The notes under the pieces: model-generated
Databases searched by the model: none
What the model saw: the letters and a program-made list of their open reading frames with translations, nothing else
What the model was told of the DNA's origin: nothing
Source: Eledone cirrhosa
Lineage: Eukaryota
Reading direction: 5' to 3'
NCBI GenBank assembly: GCA_964016885.1
Contig: OZ024743.1
Span: forward strand, 300,700,001 to 300,764,000
DNA length: 64,000 bases
In this document: positions 1-12,400 of the stretch, one piece after another
Position numbering within the stretch: the first letter of the stretch is position 1
How the letters are laid out: each line of letters begins with the position of its first letter
Made by a program: the position numbers and the translations under genes

Positions 1-184
1 AGGGGAGATAATAGATAGATAGAACTATAGACAGATATGTGTATGTATGTATGTCTCAGAATATGCGACGAAAGAACGTTGACAAACGGATGAATAACGA
101 ACAATAAAGATAAATATAGTGGAAATTATATGGTGAATATTCTCTTTCGATAGCCAATATTGGCAACATGACCATCCCTAAATA

Positions 185-294
185 TAATAATAATTGTTTC
201 GACTTTTGGCACAATGCCAGCAATCATCCAGTACGTTACTATATTTTATCGACCCCGTAAGGTTGAAAGGCAAAGTTAACATCGGCGGGATTTG
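185..294 (-). mobile_element. SINE 3' half (Meta-domain-like), inverted
   Basis: Reverse complement reads gttaactttgcctttcaaccttacggggtcgataaaat...tgctggcattgtgccaaaagtcgaaacaattattatt, matching the 3' part of the full SINE at 47862-48045. Confidence 0.75.
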
Positions 295-405
295 AGGTTA
301 ACTTTGCCTTACATCCTTACGGGGTCGATAAAATAACGTATCATTAATACACTGGAATAATTGCTGGCCTTGTGCCAACAAGTAGAAACAATTATTATTA
401 TTATT
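295..405 (+). mobile_element. SINE 3' half (Meta-domain-like)
   Basis: gaggttaactttgccttacatccttacggggtcgataaaataa...tgctggccttgtgcc...agaaacaattattattattatt. The tRNA head is absent. Confidence 0.8.
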
Positions 406-409
406 GAAG

Positions 410-3400
410 GTGAAGCCACGCTTCTTATCGTCTTCAGTTTTTTTTTCAACAGTTTACCACGTTTTTAATCGTTCTAAACCTTTTATTCAAGTTTTAAACT
501 TGATAAAAGTTTAAAGAAGTGACCCAGCTAATACAGGGGTTCACTCGTAAATAATACGGCACCCCATTACGGGGTGTCGTATTATGTAAACATATTATTT
601 GAGAAAAAAATAATTTCTTTCAATATGGATAACACAAGAAAGAGAGAGCGCTGAAATAAACAGAGAGAGAGGGAGACTTTTTCAGCATGTCAACAAGACA
701 GCGTTCTAGCGAAGGTAAATATAAAAGAAAATATTACGAAGAAAAAGAGGAACAATATCATTTTAATGATATTGTTACAGATTCAAAATTACCAAATATT
801 TCTACCACAAACAACACCACCAATAACACCAACAACAACACCATCAATAACAATAGCAACAACAAAAATAACAGCGGTAAGGTCGAGAACGACAATAACA
901 ATGACAATAACAACATCCACAACAACAATAATAGTAGGAACAGTATCAGCAAAAACAACAATAACAACAGCCACAATAACAGTAACAACAGCACTATTAT
1001 CAACGAAAACAAAACAACAAAAACAGCAACAACACTAACAACGAAAACATCAACAATGACATCGATACCTGTAACACCGATCTCAGCACCACCAGCAAGA
1101 CCAGTAGCGGCAGCAATAGTGATGCTGCTGAAAAAGGGACCACTTCTTTTGCAGGTGTCCCACGAAATATCGAAACAGTGTTAGTCAAAGAGGAGGAGAT
1201 GACAGTCGCAAGGGCCATGGTGACAAGAAACGCCAATAGAGTTTCCCTGAAACCTCCACCCGATTTTGTCAAGGATCAGCAGCTACGGTCGGTGAGTTAC
1301 CGCACCGTAAGCAAAATGTCACATCGGGTGGAGAGAGCCACGGAGGTTCAAATCCAAAAGGCTTTGGTGTGCGTCTGGGCACGGAAAACCCACATCACCC
1401 GAGCCAGAAAGTACGCCACACTTGACGTACTTTTCGCCACCCCCAAGAAGCGAAGTCTCACTCTTTGGAAACCCTAAAGAGTGAGGAGATATTCTTGGTG
1501 CCCTCCTACTACGGGCAGAAAATTGTGAGGGACCACGTTACCCAGGTCCTACCCGACGTGCCCATACCTTGGCTGGCCGCGTCTGTCCTTGCTGGAATCG
1601 AGGACAGGACGACCATGCTGCAAGTAGAGAAAATAGGGAGAGAGAACTGGTCAGGTATAGGCATGCAAAAGCTTATACACACTGACCAGGAGCGTATCGA
1701 CGCTATAACCGATATCATAGACCTCGAGGAAGGACTACAACTCCCTATAAGCGTGGAAGGAAGACGGCCAAATTGTTATCTCTGTGGGTCAAAGGGAAAC
1801 GTCAGGGCTTTTTCCCGCAGTAGACAACGAAGAAGAAGGCCTCTCTCCTTCCAATATCTCGTGCGCTGCTACAAACTGCACGGCAGGAAACAAACGCAGA
1901 AGCACCTTCCACGATGAGTAGGAGGGCAACGACGGGGGCAGCAGTACCTAGGCCAGGAATAACTAAATAGCAGCATCAGTGGCGGCAACACCAGTAGCTA
2001 CATTTGCAGTAGCTGCACCAGCAACAAAGTAGCCTGAGAGAGCTCCACTACCACCACCAACAGCCGTGGAGCACATACCCCTCCCAGACGCCACGGAATC
2101 CGACATGGATTTTGAGGCGGGATTCAAGTGGCAAACGGTCTGCCACAAAAAAAGAAAACAAAACTCTTAGATTCACCTTCCAAAGCGAAGGCACACAAAG
2201 AGGCGTAAAGGCTGCAAGGAGGCTTGCAGCAACACCACCACCATCACCAACACCACCACAAGCACCACCCCCAACAACAACCACAACAACACCAGCATCA
2301 CCAAAAACACTAACAAGGCAAATTCAACAAAACACACACACCCATAAACATGACAAATAAAGAATTCATAAAAGATAAAGCAGCACACAAACATCACAGA
2401 AAAAAACGACTACACTCCACCAACACCAAGAACTCTCCCGACAAACATAAGCATCATTGATATCAAAATAGAGCAGTAAACACTTTTAAAACAAAAATTC
2501 CCCAACGCTGTTGGAGACTTCAGCGGGTCGGTTACCAAGATAATATACACTGACATCCTCTTGGAAACACCCATGACCAGCCAAAGGGACAGTTATACTG
2601 TCCCTTCACCACACGATCAAGGTAAGTGACCCTTTCTCACTTGCCCCGTTTCTCATCCAGCATGGCCGTACTTAGAATACGCAGTATAAATGCACGTGGC
2701 CTGGGGTCATCTTGGAAGCAGGGTCACCTGTTCAACGACCTAAAGTCACTAAACATAGATGTGGTGGCCATCGGCGAGACCAGAATCTCCGAAGCATGTA
2801 CCTTCACACCGATCTTCGGCGGCTACGATGTATACGCATCTCCCAGCCGTCCAGGATCGGAGGGAGGGGTTGCGTTCTTTTTCGGAGAGGGTTGGATCTC
2901 GCCATACGGGCCATATTCCTGGACCCAGAATGTAAGTCGGTGGTGCTGGACGTGAGCGGCTCGAAGGCAATGCATTCCCGCTAGTAGCCGTCTACGCCCC
3001 AACTGGGACAGGACGGCCAGATTTCTTCAGACGTCTAGAGACCTTTCTTGGAAGGTCTCGCTCTTTAGTTTCAGTGGGCGATTGGAACGGTATCTTGGAT
3101 GCACGCTGGAATTTTGTGGGGCTAGTGGATAGTGGAGTATGGTGCAAGAGCCTCACCAACCTGCTCAGATATTTTGAACTGTCTGACAGGTATCGACTGG
3201 ATCACCCCATTGTGACAATGTGAACATGGACAAAGAGCATCGGGTCATCCAGATCTTATCTCGATAGGGTATTCTGCAGAGAACTAGATAAGGCTAGTAT
3301 AAGTTGTCCACAATTTAAAATAGTCGACTACACAGACCACAAAATGTGATCTGTGAGATCAATATAGACATACTGTATAGACAAAGACCCGGTTACTGGA

Positions 3401-4690
3401 AGCTGAATGTGACTTTCCCGGCGCGCAAAGGCTTACAGAGATCGGATTACCGTATTAGTTAAGCGGGCGTTGACGGGAGCAGTCGTCAACAACAGGTGGT
3501 GGTTCGCCCTGAAAGGGCAATTCGAGTAGAATCGATTAGGTTTAGCAAAGGACTAGTGATAGCGGAAAATAGAGTAGAGGGGGAGCTAGTCAAAAGGCTA
3601 GAAGAGGCGTTTAGGACAGGCATCGGCGTGCTTGCGGCGAGATTGGCACTCGACAAATTCTTCAACGCAAACACGAAGGCTGCATTTTCAGAGGTAGAAC
3701 GCGTGCTCTGAAACATGAGGGGACAAAAGCCGTCCAATGGGCCCGGTTTCCAGAGACGCGATGACAACAAAGACACAATTCGGTATTTGTCTGACCAAAA
3801 TGGGCACGTGATGCTCGAACCCGAGCAGATGTGTGAGGCTTTTCAGCAGCACTTTGCCGAACTGTTCGGAGGCAGCGGCGGGCCGGATCGGGGTTGGTCT
3901 TCAGTGCATATTTCGACGTACTGCTTCGGCTCTCGACGACCGCAGCACAGTGTTGCGAAAAGCCAATATAAGAAGGTGAAACACGGGAAGCGATGGCTAA
4001 CTGCATCTTGGCGCTAGTCGTCGAGGGTCTGGTGGTAGAGGCGCAGGCATGCGCCATTCCGGACAGATCCATACACGTCAACCTCCACCTCATGCAATAC
4101 ATCGTAGAGAGGGTGGTTAAGGAACCTGGCATAGGTTGGGCCCTCATCAACTGGGATCAATGTAAAGCATTCGATAGGGTCGACTATCGGTACCTGGCGG
4201 CGGTCTTCGATCAGGCGGTTTCGGGCCCGTTTTCAGGGGTTGGAACGCTGCGAAGTAGAGCGACATCTTCTCAGTTGGTAGGGGGAACAGTCACCAGTCA
4301 CAGCCGTTCAGCATCATGCGCTCTTTCCGCCAGGGTTGTCCCCACTCGTCACGCTTGGACGTATTGGCTCTCGAGCCATTACTGCACAAAACTCGGGTTG
4401 ATGAGGGGCGTCACACGCGAACTAGGATACGGGAAATCCGAGTCGGCTTCCGCCGACGACTTCGCCGTGCTGGTGTCGTACACCAGACACGCTCAGATGC
4501 TAGGCAGCGCTCTCAAGTAATACGTAGCGGTGACAGGAGCAAAGATAAACCAGGAAAAGTCGGTGGGCTTGCAGCTCGGCACCTGGAGAGGCAAGTCCAT
4601 GCCTTCCGACAGCGTTGTGGGGCGTTGGACGGACGGACCGATAATAATGCTCGGGTCTGGTTCGGACCAGACCTCCAGATGGAGAAAAAC
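410..4690 (+). mobile_element. Tx1/L1-clade LINE, family A copy 1 (degenerate, 3'-truncated)
   Basis: ORF1 remnants from ATG 687 have an Asn-rich N-terminus and a degenerate knuckle CYLCGSKGNVRAFS. ORF2 from ATG 2662 reads MAVLRIRSINARGLG (APE endonuclease start), followed by GYWKLN, DQCKAFDRVD, RQGCP and SADD. There are many frameshifts and an internal deletion near 4005. Confidence 0.9.
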
Positions 4691-4696
4691 TAGAGA

Positions 4697-7488
4697 AGCC
4701 AGTGGATCACCCTCCCCTCACATCATGTCTCCAGCCTTTATAGTGAGTCTGGGGTAGGTGTTTACACTCGGATACAATGTGAGCCATAGTCTCCTCTCTC
4801 TCTCCACAGATCCTACACAGTGGGCTAGCCTCCTTCTTGTAAATATGGTGTTTCACCCACTTCCTTTTGAGTGCCTGCTCTTCCGCAGCCATTAGCATTC
4901 CTTCTGTAGCCTTTTTAAGGTCTCCTCTTTTTAACGAGTTCCATGTCAGTGGATCTCTAAATTCAGTTTTCTCAATGAACGTATCATGAAGGGATTTTTC
5001 ATGAAGGCTGCTCTTCCTCCTTGTTGTTATTTCCTCCTTGGACATCCCCTGGTCTATTGTTCTCTCCTTCAGTACAATTCTGCGCATTGGCTCCCTACTT
5101 CAGTCACGTATTTGTGCAGGTTATTTTTCTCCATCTGAACACGGTCCTCTATGCTGATAATACCTATTCCACCTTCAGATCTCTTTATGATCTCTTGTGG
5201 ACCATGTTTTAGATAGTCAATAGCTTCCTAGTCTTCCTATACATTTCTTTTTGTTCAGCAATATTCCATTTCAGAATTCCCGCACTGTACCTAATAATAG
5301 ACTCAGCTCGGGAATTCACTGCACTTATGACATTCCTACTATTTAGACGTGATTTTAATACGCTCCTTACTCTCCTAATGTACTCAGATCTTAACGATTC
5401 CTTCATGTTTTTGTTCTTGGTGTCATCTGCCTCCAAACACCTAAATATTTTTATCCTTCTTCAGTGTCAATTTACTTTATCATCTCACCTGTTGGTACCT
5501 GGATTCCGTTGCTTTTGCTCAATTTACCACTCTTCATCACTAGGATTCCATATTTATTAATACCAAATATATCTGAAAATACTGCTGAAAATACGGACAG
5601 TGTCAACATGTACATCTAACTCCTTCTGACTCTTCCCAAAGAGTTTAAGATCGTCCATGAAGAAGAGGTGATTGATGGAAAGCTCTCATTTTCCCAACTT
5701 GTATCCTGCTCTCACTTTTCCCAGTATAATGGTTAGGGGCATCAGGGTAAGGACAAACAACAGAGGGGACAGACTATCTCGACTGAAATATACCTCTCTT
5801 GATCTTCACGCCTCCCAAGGATTCTCCACCCGATGTTAATTCTGTTTCCCATGACTTCATACTTTTGCTCAACAACTGTCTGATGTTATCTGCCACCTTG
5901 AAGATCTCAAGGCGTTTGGTTATCGAAGAATGAGGTACCATGTCGAATGCCTTTTTGTAGTCTATCCATCCCATGTCAAGATCAGTGTGTCTCCTCTTGC
6001 AATTCCACGTTACCATCTTATCAATAAGTAGCTGGTCTTTTGTACCACGGGACTTCTTTCGGCATCCTTTCTGTTCGTCTGCTAACAAGTTGTTTGTGTG
6101 GAGGTGATGGTAGATTTCCTCAGACACAATGCTTTCTTAACCGTTCCCACATTACGGACAGACATGTGATAGGTCTATAGTTGGTAACAACATTACCCTT
6201 GATTCGGCCTTTCATTACTAGGACTGGGGTATCCTTTGTCAACCACTCTGGTACCTCACCCAACATGAAGCAGTCATTGAACATGGTTATCAGTTTCGGG
6301 TGGAGGGATGTTATATTTTTAATCCAATACCCCTGCACACCATCTGGGCCTGGTGATTTCCAGTTGGTTAGTTTTTTGGCCTGCTCATTACGAGTTTCAA
6401 CTGTGATACTCAAATCAGTTTGTTGGTGTGCCTGTTCACTAATCTCCTTTTGTACTGTCACAATACACACTGCCTGATCATTATGTTTAACATCCTGCTC
6501 CCATATTCCTCTCCAGAATGTCTTAGTCTGTTCCGCCTCAGAGATCAAGTCGTTGCCTCTTTCTTTCCCTTCAAGCTGTCCAAACCTCATCTTCTGGCTG
6601 TTGTCAAACATGCGGTTCTGTCTATACTGACTGATTCTGCTCTCATAACGCCTAATTTCTGCACTCTTTGCTACAATGCGTTACTTCAATTTCTCTATGA
6701 TAATATTTAGCTTTTTCCTCCTGGTTTTGTACTTTATTTCCAGTCTATTTTTAGTGTCTATGATTTTTATTCTCCCATTCAGTAGGGACTCAAGCTTTCC
6801 AATGTCATTTCTCATTTCCCTTATTTGACCATTCAGTCGTTTCTTCCACCAAGGTTCTTATCTTTCTTGTTTTTTGTTTCCTCTCGCTTTTATGCCAAGT
6901 AATTTCCTCACCGCATTTGCTGTTGCTTTGAGGATATTGTTGCTCTGGTGAAGGTTCCTCTCCTCAAGGTATGGGATGACTTTGTTTACCTTAGATGTTG
7001 TTTTTTTTAACTTTTTCCTGTCTACCAACCTTAGGTTCATATGTTACCCGCTATCATTGATCATTTCATCTACCACTAAGTTTAGGATATCAACCAAACC
7101 TTGTCTTCCCCGTCAGCATTCATTTCCTCAATGGCCGCATCTTTGTTCTAGATGTTATCTATGTCAGCATTCACATCATTGTCTGCTTCGGATGCTTCCT
7201 CCGGTCTCTCAACCTCTTCACCTTCATTTCCCACTGGCTCGTTTGCCTGGCACACTCCACTTTCCATTTATAACCTAATCTCTCTTGACAGTTCCTCCAG
7301 TTCCAACTCGCTTATCCATCCATTAGTTCTTATTACCCGCACCGACCCGGCCAATTTGTGTTCATCTAATTTAAATAGACCAATCTCGTTCCAGATGTTA
7401 TGAATCCGTTTCCTATAGCCTTTTCCCTTGGGGTTACTCATCAGGTAACATTGCATAACAGTTCTATTCAATTCTTTCGTCCAGTTGG
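4697..7488 (-). mobile_element. R4/Dong-like non-LTR retrotransposon, copy B (both ends truncated)
   Basis: RT motifs [44 protein letters not shown] and HLFFMDDLKL (about 5645-5675), then CCHC CRICGEREETMAHIVSEC and the RHD motif. Confidence 0.9.
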
Positions 7489-8860
7489 TATTATTATTAT
7501 TATTATCATTATTATTATTCTTTGAGTCTCAGTCATTGATGTTAGTTAACTGGAAAGTTTGTTGAATATCAAGCCACTACCTGCAGCCTCAGATATACAG
7601 GACGTATCGGAGGGTTCTTGCTGTTCCCAGCAAGTCTGCCTTTTGAAGTGTTCCAAAAAGCAGCGCGGGGCCAATTTTCTTTAACCAACTCGTTGAGATA
7701 GTACCTAGTGCGCCTATGAAAATCGGGACCACTTTGACATCATGGCAGTTCCAAATCCTTTTTACCTCCCACTTTAAGTCCTGGTATCGGTTAATTTTCT
7801 CTCTCTCCTTCTCTTGCACTATCGTGTCGAATGGGCAGGCCACATCCGCAATCAGGCATGAACGTTTTTCCTTGTCCAAAACCACCAGGTCAGGTCTATG
7901 GTGTTCTAGTTTCTTGTCCGTCTGTATCATAAAATCCCACAGAACCTTCACCTGATCCTTTTCTATCACCGACTCGGCTTATGCTCATGCTCATACCACT
8001 TCTCAAAATGTGGTAAACTGTTTACTTTGCATAGGTGCCAGTGGATCACCCTGCCCATCACACCATGTCTCTATTGTTGCACTGGTGAAGGCTCCTCGCC
8101 TCAAGGTATGGGATGACTTTGTTTACTTTAGATGTTGTTTCTTTTAACTTTTTCCTGTCTAGAAATTTTAGGTTCATAGTTTTCCCACTATCATTGTTCA
8201 TTTCATCTACCACTAAGTTTAGTATATCAACCAACTCCTGTCCTAGCCCGTCAGCATTCACTTCCCCAATGACCGTATCTATGTTCCACGTATTATTTAA
8301 TTCAGCATTCAGATCATTGTCTGCTTCGGATGGTTCCTCCGTTACCTCAACCTCTTCACCTTCATTTCCCACTGGCTCGTTTGCCTAGCATACTCCACTC
8401 TCCATTTCCAAGGTTCTCCTAGGTTCCTCCAGTTCCAGCTCGCTTATCCACCCATTTGTTCTTATTACCCGAGCCTGCCCGGCCAATTTTTGTTCATCTA
8501 ATTTAAATAGAACAATCTCGTTCCAGATGTTATGCATCCGTTTCCTATAGCCTTTTTCCTTGCGGTTACTCTGCAGGTAAAATTGCATAACAGTTCTATT
8601 CAATTCTTTCGTGCAGTTGGTTCCGGTCCCTTTCCCTCTTCTTCTTCCTCCGACTCCAGCAGTATTTGGTTGACAGCCAGGTCCCTGCTGCTGAGCCAGG
8701 GAGCACCTGGTGGGTGAGAGTCTGTCACATGACATTCCAGTCTCCACTTCACCGTTATTCGAACTATTTAGGTTCGACATTTAAACACTCTTATCGAGGA
8801 TTGGTGAATGTATGGTTACATAACCACCGGTGATTTTAGTGTGGCACTATCACGCAGTAG
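7489..8860 (-). mobile_element. R4/Dong-like element, copy A (internally deleted), with (TAA)n 3' tail
   Basis: N-terminus at ATG 8780 (GYRKRMHNIW) is fused at about 8071 to RHD and a restriction-like endonuclease (LWDF..TD...RPDLVV..D.ACPFD..EKINRYQDL..IGALG). A (TAA)n run lies at 7489-7519. Confidence 0.88.
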
Positions 8861-8895
8861 ACGAACATAAATAAACAAACAAACAAACATGTAAC

Positions 8896-8985
8896 CCCCC
8901 CCCCCCCCCCCCCACCACCACCACCACCACTACCACCACCACCACCACCACCACCACCACCACCACCACCACCACCACCACCACC
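8896..8985. repeat. poly-C plus (CCA)n microsatellite
   Basis: Visible directly. Confidence 0.95.
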
Positions 8986-9302
8986 AAAAAAAAAAGAAAC
9001 ATGAGCATAAGTTTAATTGTAATGTAATGTTTGAATGTCTGACTTTTTTTTTTTTGTCTGTCTGTCTGTTTGTTTTTCTTTTCTTTTTTCTTTTCTTTAC
9101 GTTTTTCATTGCTGCTGTGCTGTTTTGATTTTGATTTTTTTTCTTTTGATTTTGATTTTTTTTCTTTTGATTTTTTGACCGGGTATTCAAATCACTCTAT
9201 TTTTATCTTTTGATGCCTTCCTCATTTAGTGGGAATACTACGATGCCTGTCTTAGCAGGAGGTAGTGGGAGAGAGGAGCGGCGGTAGCGATAATCCTTAT
9301 TC

Positions 9303-9425
9303 CGAGGTTGACTTTGGCTTTCATACCTTACGGGGTCGATAAAATAAAGTATCAGTAATGCACTGTATATTGCTGGCCTTCTGCCTAAATTAGAAACAAT
9401 TATTATTATTATTATTATTATTGTT
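9303..9425 (+). mobile_element. SINE 3' half (Meta-domain-like)
   Basis: ccgaggttgactttggctttcataccttacggggtcgataaaataaagt...agaaacaattattattatt. Confidence 0.8.
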
Positions 9426-9429
9426 GGTG

Positions 9430-12400
9430 AAGCCACGCTTCTTATCGCCCCCAGTTTTTTTCAACGTTTTAGCTCGTTTTCAACCGTTCTAAACCTTTTA
9501 TTCAAGTTTTAAATTTGATAAAACTTTAGAAGAAGTGACCCACCTAATACAGGGGTTCACTCGTAAATAATACGGCACCCCTTTACGGGGTGTCGTATTC
9601 GTATCTGTGTAAAAATTATTTTTTTGAAAAAATGTCAACATGGATAACACGAGAAAGAGAGAGAGCGCTGTCAGACAACACACAGAGAGAGGGAGACTTT
9701 ATCAGCATGTCAACAAGACAGCGTTCCAGCGCAGGTAAATATAAACGAAAATATTACAAAGGAAAAGAAGATTGTTACAGATTTAAAATTAACAAATATT
9801 TCTAACACAAACAACACCAACAATAACACCAACAGCAACACCAACAACAACACCATCAATAACAACAGCAACAACAAAAATAACAGCGGTGAAGTCGAGA
9901 ACGACAATAACAAAATAAGAGCGGTAAGGTCGAGAACGACAATAACAATGACAATAATAACAGCCACAACAACAATAATAGTAGGAACAGTATCAACAAA
10001 AACAACAATATTAACAACAGCCACAATAACAGTAACAACAGCAACAGTATCAACGAAAACAACAACAACAACACCAACAACTGTACCAACGAAAACATCA
10101 ACAATGACATCGATATCTTTAATAGCGATCTCAGCACCACCAGTAAGACCAGTAGCGGCAGCAATAGTGTTTCTGCTGAAAAATGGACCATTCTTTTGCA
10201 GGTGTCGCCCGAAATATCGAGACAGTGTTAGTCACAGAGGAGGAGATGACAGTCACAAGGGCCATGGTGACAAGAAGCGCCAATATAGTCTCCCTGAAAC
10301 CTCCACCCGATTTGTTCAAGGACCAGCAGCTACGGACAGTGACTTACCGCACCTTAAGCAAAATGTCACATCGGGTGGGGAGACCCACGGAGGCTCAAAT
10401 CCAAAAGGCCTTGGGGTGCGTCTGGGCACGGAAAACCCACATCACCCGAGGCAGAAAGTACGCCACAGTAGACGTACTTTTCGCCACCCCGCAGGAAGCA
10501 AAGTCTCACAATTTGGAAACACTAAAGAGTGAGGAGATATTCTTGGTGCTCTCCTACTGCGGGCAGAAAATTGTGAGGGTCAAAGTGACCTAGGTCCCAC
10601 CCAGCGTGCCCATACCTTGGCTGGCCGCGTCTGTCCCTGCTGGAATCGAGAACAGGATGACCATGCTGCAAGTAGAAAAAATAGGGAGAGATAACTGGTT
10701 AGGTATAGGCATGCAAATGCTTATACAAACTGAACAGGAATGTATCGACGCTATCCCTGATATCATAGACATCGAGGAAGGACTCCACCTCCTTATAAGT
10801 GTAGCAGGAAGACGGCCAAAATGTTATCTCTGTGGATTGAATGGTCACCTTAGGGCCTTTTGCCCGTAGAAGACAGCGAAGAAGAAGGCCCCTCTTCTTC
10901 CAATACCTGGTCCGCTACTACCCAGAGCAGGGCAGGCAACAAACGCAGAATCCCCTTCAACGGTGAGTAGGAGGGCAACGTCCGTAGCACCCGTACCAAG
11001 GCCACGGACAACTAAAACAGCATCATCGGTGGCGGCAAAACCAATAGCTACATTTGAAGTAGCTACACCAGCAATAACATTGCCGAAGAGGGCTCCACTA
11101 CCACCACCAACAGCCGTGGAGCACATACCCCTCCCAGACGCCACATAATCCGACATGGAATTTGAGGCGGGAGTGAAATGGCAAACAGCCTGCCACAAAA
11201 ATGAAAAAACCCTTAGATTCACCCTCCAAAAGCGAAGGCATACAAAGAGGGGTAAAGGTAGCAAGGAAATTTGCAGCAACACCACCACCATCACCACCAC
11301 AAGCACCACAACAAGACAACCACACCACCACCAGCATCACCAAAAACACCACAACACAAACACAACAAGACACACACAAAAACAGCAACAAAATCAACCC
11401 TCCTCCCCCAAAAGTACACAGCCATAAACATGGCAAACAATAACTCATACAATATATAAAGCAGCACACAGACATCACAGAAAAAAACTACTACACCCCA
11501 CCAACACCAAGAACCCTCCCGACAAACATAAGCATCATTGAAATCTCAATAGAACAGTACAAACCTTTAAAACAAAAATTCCCCAACGCAGTTGCAGACT
11601 TCAAAGGGTCGGTTACCAAGAGGATATACACTGATATCCTCTTGGAAACACCCATGACCAGCGAAAGGGACGGTTCTACTGTCCCTTCACCACACGATCA
11701 AGGTAAGTGACCCTTTCTCACTTGCCCCGTTTCTCATCCAGCATGGCGGTACTCAGAATAGGAAGTATAAATGCACGTGGCCTGGGGTTATCTTGGAAGC
11801 AGGGTCACCTGCTTAACGACCTCAGGTGACTAAACATAGATGTGGTGGCCATCAGTGTGACCAGAATCTCTGAAACACAAGCCTTCGCACCGATCTTCGG
11901 CGGCTACGATGTATACGCATCTCCCAGCCGTCCAGGGTCGGGGGAAGTGGTTGCCGTCCTTTTTCGGAGAGGCTTGGATCTCGCCATACGGGCCATCTTC
12001 CTAGACCCAGAAGGTAAGTCGGTGGTGCTGGACGTGACCGGCAGCGAAGGCAATGCTTTCAGGCTAGTAGCCGTCTACGCCCCAACAGGGGCAGGACGGC
12101 CATATTGCTTCAGGCGTCTAGATACCTTTCTTGGAAGGTCTCGCTCTTTAGTTTTAGTGCGCGACTGAAACAGTATATTGGATGCACGCTGGAATTGTCT
12201 GGGGCTAGTAGATAGGGGAGGAGGGTGCAAGAGCCTCACCAACCTGCTCAGACGTTTTGAACTGTCTGACAGTTATCAACTGGATCACACCAATGTTCCA
12301 ATGTTGACATGGACACAACGTATCGAGTCATCCAGATCGTATTTCGATAGGGTATTCTGCAGAGAACTAGATTAAGCTAGTATAAGTTGTCCACAATTTA

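Noticed and set aside
758-1012. Leu/Val-rich membrane-like ORFs (also 9710-10191)
   Set aside because: They are the antisense of the AAC-rich LINE ORF1.
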